Shown here in pieces: positions 1 through 8,921 of a stretch of DNA of 32,000 nucleotides (the stretch's first letter is position 1; each line of letters starts with the position of its first letter). Below the pieces are notes generated by a model. It did no database searches, was not told the DNA's origin, and was given only the letters and a program-made list of their open reading frames with translations. Source of the stretch: Edaphobacter aggregans (GTDB taxonomy: Bacteria > Acidobacteriota > Terriglobia > Terriglobales > Acidobacteriaceae); contig NZ_RSDW01000001.1 in NCBI RefSeq assembly GCF_003945235.1, positions 3,030,001 through 3,062,000 on the forward strand, given 5' to 3'. Both the position numbers and the translations under genes were made by a program.

Positions 1-77
1 ACATTTCGACCATCGTGATGGAGCGAGACGGCACAGCGGTACCTCTCTTTCAGACTTCCGTAGCAAACCGGAAGAAC

Positions 78-111
78 GAAAAATGTGGCAACCGTTTACC
101 ACGATTGCCAC
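78..111 (-). terminator. Rho-independent terminator candidate after the PadR-linked membrane protein gene
   Basis: The minus strand reads GTGGCAA-N13-TTGCCAC (arms at 85-91 and 105-111) followed by ATTTTTCGTT. Confidence 0.5.
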
Positions 112-146
112 ACGTTTAACCACAACCTAACCGCAAATTACCACCA

Positions 147-1172
147 CTAAACCACAACACGCGAAGTCGCCCGAAGCCCAACCCACGTGTCCCGCACAAA
201 CACCACCACATCCCAAATAAGCTTCAGCGTCGCAATCAAAAGAGCAACCCGGAAACCCAGGTAGATCGCCTGGTTAAGCGCAGCCAGAGTCTCATGCGGC
301 AGCGACTTAAACCCTTGCGCAGGAACAAAATAGATCTGCGCTCGCACCATCACCGCAAGAATCCCCAACCCCAGCGCATGAACCACCAGGTCGAGAACCT
401 TCCGCCACGTACCGAACCGCCGGATCCCAATCATTATGGCCTTGAGCACCAGCTGCGCGACCAGCAACCCGATAATCTGCCAGTAAAACGTATGCCACTG
501 CGGCGTAAACCCTATCTGCTGGTTCTTCAGGTAATCGACGCCCGGTCCTAGAATCAGGAACGGCCGCGTAGGAATCGCCAGCAACCAAAGCAACATAACT
601 GCGCTGACGATCAGATCCGCAATGCCACTCGCCAATGAGGGCACCTTGCCACGACTCTTCTCCACACGAGGAAGATCACGCGGATTCCACGGCTGCGCGA
701 TGCTCGTACCATTGTGTCTGCAGGCCCACTCGATGCCGACAAAGACCGCTGTCATCACTCCCCAGAACGCGAACAGCGTGCCCGGAAGATGTCCAATGGC
801 CGCGCCAATTACCGCGCCAATATTGACTCTTCCATGGGTCTGAAACACGAGATTCACCACCTGCGCAAAGACGGAGAACAGAATCACCCAAGGTAGGCTC
901 CTGCGCAGCGCAAGCAGGTAGAAGGGGAACACCTCCGGGCCAATCAGCGACTGCTGCGGACGATACCGCGAAGCAACAACGATCGGGCGCCCGTGGTTGC
1001 GAATGATCTCGACCAGTTCATCCTCTGTGAGCCGCCGGCCCAGCTGCTCTTCACGGTCTTCAATCATCGCAAGAAGGTTAACCCGAAGCTCGGCCAGTGT
1101 GTCGTCTTTGCTGGCGGCAGGAAGGTATTCGCCAATAGCCTGGAGATAGCGGTCAAGGATATCCATAGTCAT
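147..1172 (-). CDS. PadR-associated integral membrane protein (N-terminal DUF1700/HAAS-like soluble domain plus multiple TM segments)
   Basis: Track ORF is 147..1352. Start trimmed to ATG at 1172 (MTMDILDRYLQAIGEYL...), which overlaps the padR stop in TAATG. The N-terminal helical domain typical of PadR partner proteins is followed by several hydrophobic stretches. Confidence 0.7.
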   Translation of the reverse strand: MTMDILDRYLQAIGEYLPAASKDDTLAELRVNLLAMIEDREEQLGRRLTEDELVEIIRNHGRPIVVASRYRPQQSLIGPEVFPFYLLALRRSLPWVILFSVFAQVVNLVFQTHGRVNIGAVIGAAIGHLPGTLFAFWGVMTAVFVGIEWACRHNGTSIAQPWNPRDLPRVEKSRGKVPSLASGIADLIVSAVMLLWLLAIPTRPFLILGPGVDYLKNQQIGFTPQWHTFYWQIIGLLVAQLVLKAIMIGIRRFGTWRKVLDLVVHALGLGILAVMVRAQIYFVPAQGFKSLPHETLAALNQAIYLGFRVALLIATLKLIWDVVVFVRDTWVGLRATSRVVV

Positions 1173-1591
1173 TACTCCTGATGGCCCGTAAGTTCGGGCT
1201 GAGATTCGACGGCGGATGCAGCTTGGGACCCGAGAATGCGGTGCAGCGAGTCGTTGATACCGTTCCATTCCGCCAAGAGTTGATCGAGTATCCGGCGGCC
1301 CAGGGGAGAGAGTCGGTAAAAGCGCTTGTTTCGCTTCTCCTCCTCGCGCCATTCACTGGTCAGCAGGCCCTGCGTCTCCAGCCGGCGAAGCAGCGGGTAG
1401 AGCGTGCTCTCCTCAATGGCCAGCCCATGGTCAGCCAGAGCCTTGCGCAACGTGTAGCCGTAGTGCTCCTCGCGAAGCTGCGCCAGAACCGCAAGAATGA
1501 GGCACCCGCGGCGAAGTTCGAGTCGAAGCGAATCGAACAGTTCGCTCTGAAGAGGATCGGTTTGGAAGACGGTATCCATACTGTGCTTCAC
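1172..1591 (-). CDS. PadR family transcriptional regulator
   Basis: Winged-helix PadR signature: GYTLRKAL...STLYPLLRRLETQGLLTSEW...KRFYRLSPLG. The track start at 1591 is GTG; ATG at 1579 (MDTVFQ...) is an alternative start. Confidence 0.85.
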   Translation of the reverse strand: MKHSMDTVFQTDPLQSELFDSLRLELRRGCLILAVLAQLREEHYGYTLRKALADHGLAIEESTLYPLLRRLETQGLLTSEWREEEKRNKRFYRLSPLGRRILDQLLAEWNGINDSLHRILGSQAASAVESQPELTGHQE

Positions 1592-1615
1592 ATACTGTAT
1601 GACGCATAGTGTATG
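1591..1615. promoter_or_regulatory. Candidate PadR operator: two adjacent 11-bp palindromes
   Basis: CATACTGTATG (1591-1601, perfect CATAC-N-GTATG) is followed by ACG and then CATAGTGTATG (1605-1615, one mismatch). It sits at the 5' end of padR, inside the AT-rich divergent region shared with the beta-lactamase-like gene. Confidence 0.45.
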
Positions 1616-1800
1616 TTGTCAAGTATCTATTTGAGATTTATTTTCCTCTGCGCCCAAGCAAAAAAATCCTGATGCGATACCGAGGTTTTTACCTTTATTT
1701 TGTTGTTGTTAGACCTAAATTTTTAGTGACACCTCTACAAAAACTGTGCTTCTGTCTTCAGGAAACCGCTCGGTTTTGTATTCTGCGATCTGAAAACAAA

Positions 1801-2997
1801 ATGACCCACGCTAAACTCCTGCGCCCCTTCTTTGCCTTACTGTTCGCGCTGATTCGCATATCTGTCCTCGCGCAGGCGACCCCGCCATCGCTCCCCGACC
1901 TCCAATCCGCCGACACTTTCGGAGCGGATCTCTTTCTTCAGTCCGGCACAACCGGTATGGTTCTCGTGGTCGTTCGCGACAACCAGGTCTTTTTCCGGGG
2001 ATACGGCGAGACCGCGCCTGGCTCCCATCAGCTTCCCACCGAGGACTCTCTGCTGCGGCTCTGCTCGCTCACAAAGATCTTTACCACTGACGTCCTCACT
2101 AAACTCGTCGCGGACAAGACAGTGCGCCTCAACGATCCTCTCCAGCGCTTCGCTCCACCCCGCGCCGTTGTGCCCAAACGCCAATTCATCACGCTGGCCG
2201 ATCTCGCGACACACACATCCGGCCTCCCACGAGAACTGGGCAATGCTCCTCCCAAGACACCGCACTTCACCTTCCCTGACTACCGCACTCGCTGGCACTG
2301 GTTGCCGAATCAGCGTCTCCGCACTACTCCCGGTACTGCCGCCCTGTACTCAAATGTCGCCTTCGACCTCCTCAGCGACGCCCTCCACTCCGCCTCACAT
2401 AAGCAGTACGCGGCACTTCTTGCTGAGCGCACTCTCAACCCGCTCCACATGCACAACACGACGTTCTTCCCCAACGCTGCGCAATGCAGCCATCTGCTCA
2501 TCGGCGCCAACGACGAAGGACCCTGCACCTTCACCGAGGCCACCGCCGGAAGCTCCGGCCTCTACTCCACCGCGACTGATATGGCGATCTGGCTCCAGTA
2601 CCTGCTCGGGACCGGTGGCCCTGGCATCCCCACACAGAGCCCGGCCGCGCAAGCCGTCTACGTCCTTCCTTCTGATCTCGTTAGCCAAAAGGGACTCGAC
2701 CACGCCGGCGACCCAACCGGGATTGGTCTCGGCTGGATTCACCTCCTGCCAGCCGACGATCCCTCGCACATCATCCAAAAGACGGGTGGTGGCGCTGGCT
2801 TCGAAACCTATATCGCCATCAACCAAGCTCGCCACACCGCGATCTTCCTCGCTGCCACTGACGGTCCGGTCGACACCCACCTGCACTTCTTCAATGCCGC
2901 GAACGAACTCCTACTCGCTGTGGCCGGTCTGCCGCCGCTCCCCACCCCACCACCCAAACCTGCAGTCAAACACATGCACCCACATCGCCGTCGTTAG
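1801..2997 (+). CDS. Secreted serine hydrolase, class C beta-lactamase / D-Ala-D-Ala carboxypeptidase family
   Basis: SxxK motif (CSLTKIF) and YxN motif (YSNVAF). Start trimmed from 1609 to ATG 1801, which gives the signal peptide MTHAKLLRPFFALLFALIRISVLAQA. Confidence 0.8.
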   Translation: MTHAKLLRPFFALLFALIRISVLAQATPPSLPDLQSADTFGADLFLQSGTTGMVLVVVRDNQVFFRGYGETAPGSHQLPTEDSLLRLCSLTKIFTTDVLTKLVADKTVRLNDPLQRFAPPRAVVPKRQFITLADLATHTSGLPRELGNAPPKTPHFTFPDYRTRWHWLPNQRLRTTPGTAALYSNVAFDLLSDALHSASHKQYAALLAERTLNPLHMHNTTFFPNAAQCSHLLIGANDEGPCTFTEATAGSSGLYSTATDMAIWLQYLLGTGGPGIPTQSPAAQAVYVLPSDLVSQKGLDHAGDPTGIGLGWIHLLPADDPSHIIQKTGGGAGFETYIAINQARHTAIFLAATDGPVDTHLHFFNAANELLLAVAGLPPLPTPPPKPAVKHMHPHRRR

Positions 2998-3044
2998 ACG
3001 AAGGCGAACTGCGTCCACTGCATGTGTCTACTGATAGCAGGTCG

Positions 3045-4196
3045 TCAGATGCGCATAGGCATCAGGATGTAGCGATACTTGACATCCTCGTTGCCGTCTT
3101 CAGGACGCATCTGACCGGCAGACTGAGCATCCTTGAATTCCAGCCTTACTTCGCCGGTGTTGCCGATGGCCTTGAGGAAGTCCAGCAGATACTGGCTATT
3201 GAAGCCAACGACGAGAGGATCGTAGTTGTACGGAGTTTCGATGGAGTCTTCCGACTCACCCGCATCCGTGCTCGAAGAAGAGAGCTTGAGTTCGTTCTGT
3301 TCGAGCCTAATCTTGATGGCTCCGCTCCGTTCATCAGCAAACTGTGCGACGCGCTGGATAGAGCCCATGAGGTCCTCGGAACGAACGATAACGAACTTAT
3401 TGTTATCGCGAGGCAGCACCGCTTCATAGTTGGGGAACTGCCCAGTGAGCTTGCGGCTGGTGAGCACGCGGCCACCAACCCGGAAGAAGAGCGTCTGGTC
3501 GTCATCGGCAAAGTCGAGCGTCTCAGCGTCCGTATTGCTGAGCAGACCAGAGAGCTCGCTAAGAGCTTTACGGGGAATCAGCGTCTTCTTCTCGCCGGAG
3601 ATGCCGTCGAGCGTCTCGCCGAGCTTTTCGATGTGCGCCAGCCGATGACCATCCGTCGCGACCATGGCCATCGACTCCGCCTTCAGCACCAGCAGCGCGC
3701 CATTGAGCGTGTAGCGGCTCTCCTCGTTCGAGATGGAGAAGATCGTCTTCGAAACCATGTTCTTTAGCGAGGGCACGGAGATCTTCACGGCGCCGCTGGC
3801 AGGGAACTCGGGCACCTGGGGAAAGTTGGCGCGAGCCATACCAACCATCTTGGTGTTGGAGCGGCCGGCGCGGAGCTGTACCCAGTGGTTGTCCATCAGC
3901 TTGATGGAGATGTCACCCTCGGGCAGCAGCTTGATGTAGTCATAGAGTTTGCGGGCAGGAATCGTGCAGGCTCCGGGCTTCTTGACCTTGGCAACACAGC
4001 TTGTACGAAGGCTTTGGTCGAGGTCAGTTGCGGTAATCGTGAGCTTGTCGTCCGCGGCCTCAAAGAGAAAGTTCGACAGAATCGGGATAGTGGTCTTGCG
4101 CTCGACGACGGACTGGGCCGCGGTCAGCTCACGCAGCAACTCCGCACGGGAGACGGTGATCTCGAGGTTGCCGGTGGGGGGTGCGGTCTCGGCCAT
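3045..4196 (-). CDS. dnaN: DNA polymerase III beta sliding clamp
   Basis: Typical DnaN N-terminus (LEITVSRAELLRELTAAQSVVERKTTIPILSNFLFEA) and C-terminal end YILMPMRI. Start trimmed to ATG 4196, which has AGGAG 6 nt upstream. Confidence 0.95.
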   Translation of the reverse strand: MAETAPPTGNLEITVSRAELLRELTAAQSVVERKTTIPILSNFLFEAADDKLTITATDLDQSLRTSCVAKVKKPGACTIPARKLYDYIKLLPEGDISIKLMDNHWVQLRAGRSNTKMVGMARANFPQVPEFPASGAVKISVPSLKNMVSKTIFSISNEESRYTLNGALLVLKAESMAMVATDGHRLAHIEKLGETLDGISGEKKTLIPRKALSELSGLLSNTDAETLDFADDDQTLFFRVGGRVLTSRKLTGQFPNYEAVLPRDNNKFVIVRSEDLMGSIQRVAQFADERSGAIKIRLEQNELKLSSSSTDAGESEDSIETPYNYDPLVVGFNSQYLLDFLKAIGNTGEVRLEFKDAQSAGQMRPEDGNEDVKYRYILMPMRI

Positions 4197-4360
4197 CTTG
4201 GGCTCCTGGGACTCCTGAGTAGCAATCGTCACGGTCGGTCTCTCCGGGTTTGAATCGTAGCTGCTGGCCAAACTGTACACCGAATGGGGTAGTGGATGCA
4301 GCAGGGCAGCCGTCTGCTTGATTCTAGGGGCGAAGGCCACCCGAAGGCGACAGATTTATT

Positions 4361-4685
4361 TGTGGAAAGCCGGGACGCTATGTGCGACGCCGGGAATAAC
4401 TGGAGTGCGGGCCAGCACGAGTCTGGCGCCCAGCGATCACGTGTGTTGCGGTTGGGTACGACTGCCTGCGGCGCGAGTGCTTCTAAGAATTAAGACTTTA
4501 AAGAAGATAGATACCAGTAGCCTTAACCGTTGTCGCTTGAAAAGTGGATAACTGTCCCATCTGCTTATAAGTCATCGAGTTGGAGTACCATCCAGTTTTA
4601 GAAAACTAGACAAGAGAAGACGCAAAGGTAGGAAGAGTAGCCGAAGATCTGGTTACCCTGTACCGGCATATCCCACTTCTCCACA
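4361..4685. promoter_or_regulatory. DnaA-box-like motifs in the 640-bp AT-richer spacer upstream of dnaN
   Basis: TGTGGAAAG at 4361-4369 (7/9 to TGTGGATAA). AGTGGATAA at 4543-4551 (8/9). TTCTCCACA at 4677-4685 (8/9 to TTATCCACA). AT-rich stretch TTCTAAGAATTAAGACTTTAAAGAAGATAGATA at about 4480-4512. Confidence 0.4.
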
Positions 4686-4837
4686 ATGCCGAGTGACAGC
4701 CGTTGAGAAGACACACACTGATTCGTGGGAATGTTGATCAAATGAAATGGAATCATTCATTTAGCTAAACCTTTAATTTCACAGGCTCATCGAAACGCAG
4801 AGGATAATGTGTCCGAATTACCAAAGGAGACGTTGCC

Positions 4838-5476
4838 ATGAAGATCGCCATCTTCGGTGCCAGTGGAGCGACGGGTCAGCTACTGACGGAGCGTTGCCTG
4901 GGTGCGGGTTACAGCGTCACGGCACTCCTGCGAAGGCCGGATAACTTCGCGCAGCGTGACCGGATACGCGTGGTGCAGGGAAGCGCGTTTGATGCCGCGG
5001 CTGTTCGAGAGACCGTCGAAGGATCGAATGTTGTGTTGTCAGTGCTAGGAGCTCGCTCACTCAAAAAAGAGGATGTGCTGGAGCAGGCCGTACCCCTGAT
5101 CGTCGCCGCGATGAAGCAGACTGGAGTGCGGCGGATTATCGCGCTGGGCTCGGCAGGGGCACTCCCCGATTCACTGAAGAAACAGCCAACGTGGCGCAGG
5201 TGGATCGTCGAAAATATCGTGTACAAGACCATGCTGAAATGGCCAGTGGCATCGCAGATATCCCAATATGCAACGCTCTCTTCGAGCGGCCTCGACTGGA
5301 CCATGGTGATGCCCCCCATGCTCACCAACACGCCGGGACGCGGTGTATACCGGATCGACGGCGAGGCGCTACCTCGCAATGGAAGCAAAATCTCACGGGA
5401 GGACGTAGCAGACTTCATGATGAGCCAGATCGACTCACGAGAGTGGGTCGGCAAGGGCGTGTATATCTCGTACTAG
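4838..5476 (+). CDS. NAD(P)H-binding oxidoreductase (NmrA/BVR-B-like atypical SDR)
   Basis: N-terminal Rossmann motif MKIAIFGASGATGQLL. AGGAG lies 8 nt upstream of the ATG. Confidence 0.75.
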   Translation: MKIAIFGASGATGQLLTERCLGAGYSVTALLRRPDNFAQRDRIRVVQGSAFDAAAVRETVEGSNVVLSVLGARSLKKEDVLEQAVPLIVAAMKQTGVRRIIALGSAGALPDSLKKQPTWRRWIVENIVYKTMLKWPVASQISQYATLSSSGLDWTMVMPPMLTNTPGRGVYRIDGEALPRNGSKISREDVADFMMSQIDSREWVGKGVYISY

Positions 5477-5490
5477 TCCTGACTCAGGCG

Positions 5491-6927
5491 TTAGGGCGTG
5501 GACCGCGCCGCTACCCGTGTATTCACCTCACGCTCCACGCGATCGAGATCCTGAGCCACCAGGTGCCCTCGTTCGACTTTCAGTTCGCCGCCCACATAGA
5601 CACGCTCAAGGTCTGGCTGACTGGTGACAAAGACCAGCGTTGCATACGGATCGAAGACATGCCCGTAGTCGCTAGGGTCGATCACGAGAAAGTCGGCGAA
5701 CTTGCCCTTCTCGAGGCTGCCCAGGCGATCAGCGACCCCCAACACATCGGCACTGCCCATCGTGTGCAGCTTCAAGACGTCATAGGGACTCATCACGCCG
5801 GCATTCTCGTACTTGTCTCGGATCGCGTAGAGCCCGGTTCGCAGGTTCTCGAACGGATCGGCCAGATCCGCGCTCGCCTCGCCATCGACGCCCATTCCGA
5901 CCCTAACCCCGGCCTTCAAGTAAGCAGGAATATCCGCCACACCCGAAGCCAGCCTGCCATTCGAGAGCGGGTTCCAACTCATCGCTGCACCTGCCTTGGC
6001 CGTTGCAGCAATGATTATCGGGTCAGTGTGGATGAAGTGTCCGAAGATCATCCTGTTGGTGACCAGGCCCGCATCGGTGAACGCCTGGAAGAGTTTGCGG
6101 TCCTCCACCTGTGTCTCCGGCTGCTCAAGATAGTGGCTCTGATTGCCCAGATCGAACTCCTTCATCAGCGCGGCCTCCATCAAGGCCTGCGTCCCGGCCT
6201 GTTTTGGCGTGTCGGTAAAGGCCGTGCCGCCGTTGATCATCACCGAGAGCAGCTTGCCTCTCGTCTGCGGATCCTTGCTGGCTTGTTGGACCGCCACCCA
6301 GTCGAGAAAGGTCTTGAGCCGTTTACGAGCATCCTCCAGCCCATAGGTTGCGGTCGCCCTTCCGGGCTCCAATCCAAAGACGAACCGGAAGCCAGAGTCC
6401 ATCTGGCCGCGATACTCCTGTTCGGCGAACTCGACCGCCTGCTCCGGCGTGTGGCCACCGTAGTTGAAGCTGTAGGCCGAAGTCACGCCATGCCGCAGGT
6501 GGTCAAGCGAGCCCTCAAGCGTAAACCAGTAGAGGTCCTCTGCGGTCGCCTTGGTCGCTGCCTTGCCATACAGCTCGTCGATCCATCCCAGCAGCGTCTT
6601 ATCCGCCGCGAGGCCGCGATAGGCCGACTGCCACAGATGGCTATGCGCCGAGATGAAGCCTGGAATCACCCAGTGCCCCTTCGCGTCCCACACCGTCGCG
6701 GCCTTCAGCGAGGCAGGAGGTTCACCCTTACCCACGGCAAGAATTCTGCCATCGGCCCCCACGGCAAGGAACCCAGTAAAAGGTTCTCGCTCCGACGAGG
6801 CCATCGAAAAGATATAAGCGTTCCGTACCACAAGCTTCGCCGGGATCTGCGCAGCCGCTCGCAGCGACGTCAGGATCCCCAGCAGGCACACAACAAACAT
6901 CCAGACCAGACGCGAAAGGAAGTTCAT
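5491..6927 (-). CDS. Secreted metal-dependent amidohydrolase family protein
   Basis: Signal peptide MNFLSRLVWMFVVCLLGILTSLRAAAQ. Amidohydrolase-type segments PGFISAHSHLW and GMGVDGEAS. Confidence 0.75.
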   Translation of the reverse strand: MNFLSRLVWMFVVCLLGILTSLRAAAQIPAKLVVRNAYIFSMASSEREPFTGFLAVGADGRILAVGKGEPPASLKAATVWDAKGHWVIPGFISAHSHLWQSAYRGLAADKTLLGWIDELYGKAATKATAEDLYWFTLEGSLDHLRHGVTSAYSFNYGGHTPEQAVEFAEQEYRGQMDSGFRFVFGLEPGRATATYGLEDARKRLKTFLDWVAVQQASKDPQTRGKLLSVMINGGTAFTDTPKQAGTQALMEAALMKEFDLGNQSHYLEQPETQVEDRKLFQAFTDAGLVTNRMIFGHFIHTDPIIIAATAKAGAAMSWNPLSNGRLASGVADIPAYLKAGVRVGMGVDGEASADLADPFENLRTGLYAIRDKYENAGVMSPYDVLKLHTMGSADVLGVADRLGSLEKGKFADFLVIDPSDYGHVFDPYATLVFVTSQPDLERVYVGGELKVERGHLVAQDLDRVEREVNTRVAARSTP

Positions 6928-7047
6928 ACCCTTTCTTATCTCGTCCCCGATGCGAAGACAAGAAGATTATGCCCGGAATAGCGATGCCGCCCTTCGTCCA
7001 TTGCCTCCATGCACGCGTTACAGTATTCCAGTTAGCATAGGAGCTCT

Positions 7048-7632
7048 ATGAGACAAGCCATCCTCGTCCTCACACTTGCCTGTACTGCGGCGATAGCGCA
7101 GCAGCCCTCTCCCGCTCCGGCACCGGCACCCAAGCCGCTCGTCGGCTCCATCGCGGCGCACCCTGAGTGGCCCCAGGCTAAGCCGGAGGATGTGAAGTCG
7201 GTCGACGCCATCCTTGCTGCGCTCTACGACGTCATCTCCGGACCGAAGGGCAAGGCACGCGACTGGGACCGCATGCGTTCGCTCTTCATCCCCGATGCCC
7301 GTTTGATTCCGTCACGCATCAACAAGGACACCCAACGCGTGGACGCCATCGTGCTGTCAGTCGACGGCTACATCGCGCGCAGCAGTACAACCATGACGAC
7401 GAACGGCTTCTTCGAACACTCCATCCACAACGAGGTCGAGCAGTTCGGCAACATAGCCCACGTCTGGAGCACCTATGAGTCTCGGCACAATGCCGACGAC
7501 GCAACGCCATTCGCCCGCGGCATCAACAGCATCCAGCTGCTCAAGGACGGTGACCGCTACTGGATCGTCAACGTCTTCTGGGACAGCGAGCGGCCGGATT
7601 CGCCCATTCCTGCGAAGTATCTTGGGAAGTAA
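7048..7632 (+). CDS. Secreted hypothetical protein, possibly NTF2/SnoaL-like fold
   Basis: AGGAG lies 5 nt upstream. Signal peptide MRQAILVLTLACTAAIAQQ is followed by a PAPAPAP linker. The fold assignment is only a weak impression. Confidence 0.55.
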   Translation: MRQAILVLTLACTAAIAQQPSPAPAPAPKPLVGSIAAHPEWPQAKPEDVKSVDAILAALYDVISGPKGKARDWDRMRSLFIPDARLIPSRINKDTQRVDAIVLSVDGYIARSSTTMTTNGFFEHSIHNEVEQFGNIAHVWSTYESRHNADDATPFARGINSIQLLKDGDRYWIVNVFWDSERPDSPIPAKYLGK

Positions 7633-7645
7633 TTCGCGCCCCTCG

Positions 7646-8797
7646 TTAGCGCAGCTCACGGAAGAACGCCCGGACGTCTTCCGCGAGTAGTTGTGGCTGC
7701 TCCATCGCGGCGAAGTGCCCTCCCTTGGGCATCGTCGTCCAGCGCGTGATGTTCAGGCTTCGTTCCGCAAGCTCACGCGGCGGTAGGGGAATCTCACCGG
7801 GGAACGCGGCGAAGCCAACCGGAGTTTTAATCCGATTGGCATGCGAGAGATTGAGCGGTTGCTGGCGCGTCTCATAGTACAACCGCGCCGAAGAAGAGAT
7901 TGTCTCCGTTACCCAATAGATCATCACATTGGTCAGGAGCTCATCGCGGGTAAAGACGCTCTCGACATCGCCTTGGCAGTCGCTCCATGTTTGGAACTTC
8001 TCAACGATCCAGGCCAGCAGCCCTACCGGAGAATCGTTCAGCGCATAACTCAGCGTCTGTGGCTTGGTTCCTTGTTGATGGCTATATCCGCCCTCGGCGT
8101 CCCACCAGTCGCGGAGCTCTTCGAAATAGGCTCTAGCCATCTCATCTTGCGGCGGCTGATTCAGTGCGCCTCCGAAGAGAAAGCGTCCCGCGATGTAGTT
8201 GAGATGGATGCCAATCATGCGATCGGCATGGTCGAGTCCAAGCGCGATCGAGACCGTCGATCCCCAGTCGCCTCCCTGGGCCGCGAATCGCTCATAGCCG
8301 AGCTCACGCATCAGCCGCACCCAGAGTGTAGCGATCTTCCGTGGGTCCATTCCGCGCTCGCGTGGGCGATCGGAGAAGCCATAACCCGGCAACGAGGGAA
8401 CGATCACATCAAACGCATCTTCTGCTCTGCCACCGTGCGATGCGGGGTCCGTCAGCAGTGGAATGAGCTTTACCATCTCAACGAAACTTCCGGGCCACCC
8501 GTGCGTAAGGATGAGCGGCAATGGAGTCGGTCCTTTTCCGCGTGCGTGTACGAAGTGGATGTGAAGGCCGTCCAGCGCGATACGATACTGCGGCAGTTGA
8601 TTCAAGGCCGCCTCTTCGCGCCGCCAGTCGTAACAACGACGCCAGTACTCGGCAAGCGAGCGCAGGTAAGCGAGGTTAGAACCCAACTCCCAACCTGTGT
8701 TTTCAAGCTCGTCCGGCCAGCGCGTCGCATCGAGCCGCTGCTCCAGATCTCGAAGTACTGCGTCTGGAATCTGGATTGAAAATCTCTCCGCAGCCAT
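7646..8797 (-). CDS. Epoxide hydrolase (alpha/beta hydrolase with EH N-terminal domain)
   Basis: N-terminal epoxide-hydrolase-type segment FSIQIPDAVLRDLEQRLDATRWPDE, plus HGWPGSF and GGDWGS motifs. Start trimmed to ATG 8797, which has GGAGG 5 nt upstream; the track start at 8809 is GTG. Confidence 0.8.
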   Translation of the reverse strand: MAAERFSIQIPDAVLRDLEQRLDATRWPDELENTGWELGSNLAYLRSLAEYWRRCYDWRREEAALNQLPQYRIALDGLHIHFVHARGKGPTPLPLILTHGWPGSFVEMVKLIPLLTDPASHGGRAEDAFDVIVPSLPGYGFSDRPRERGMDPRKIATLWVRLMRELGYERFAAQGGDWGSTVSIALGLDHADRMIGIHLNYIAGRFLFGGALNQPPQDEMARAYFEELRDWWDAEGGYSHQQGTKPQTLSYALNDSPVGLLAWIVEKFQTWSDCQGDVESVFTRDELLTNVMIYWVTETISSSARLYYETRQQPLNLSHANRIKTPVGFAAFPGEIPLPPRELAERSLNITRWTTMPKGGHFAAMEQPQLLAEDVRAFFRELR

Positions 8798-8864
8798 CTC
8801 AACCTCCACAAATCCGCTTACGAAGAGATGCTGCCGCCGTTACGCACGACGCAGAGTTTCCAGC

Positions 8865-8889
8865 AAAAAGCCCCGCCGTTTGGCGAGGC
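8865..8889 (-). terminator. Rho-independent terminator immediately after dnaA
   Basis: The minus strand reads GCCTCGCC-AAAC-GGCGGGGC (8-bp stem with one G.U pair) followed by TTTTTGCTGG, about 30 nt after the dnaA stop. Confidence 0.7.
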
Positions 8890-8921
8890 CTGCTGATTCG
8901 CTGATCTGCTGACTCACTTCC

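Noticed and set aside
55-77. Hairpin CTTCCG-N8-CGGAAG near the window start; possible terminator or RNA gene fragment.
   Set aside because: The stem is only 6 bp with no adjacent U-tract on either strand. The neighbouring hairpin at 85-111 is the better terminator. There is too little sequence to call an RNA gene at the window edge.
658-666. TTCTCCACA DnaA-box-like word inside the PadR-partner gene.
   Set aside because: It is a single isolated occurrence within a coding sequence. I use it only as a caution that the word can occur by chance.
5191-6981. A 596-aa plus-strand ORF. Similar long antisense ORFs are 9183-10352 (+), 17983-19239 (+), 20684-21643 (+), 23151-24068 (+), 26912-27664 (+), 27071-27907 (-) and 29969-30901 (-).
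   Set aside because: Each lies antisense to, or out of frame with, a gene that has a clear family signature (amidohydrolase, dnaA, QOR, thrS, folC, rsmG, parA, amidohydrolase). Their translations are Arg/Pro/His/Gly-rich low complexity, typical of stop-poor shadow frames in GC-rich DNA.
4197-8921. Interpreting the dnaA-dnaN insert as a genomic island or mobile element.
   Set aside because: There is no integrase, transposase, tRNA target or flanking direct repeat. The silent-site composition of the minus-strand genes matches their neighbours. Only the 4838 gene looks compositionally odd. I therefore report the uncoupling but not a mobile-element call.
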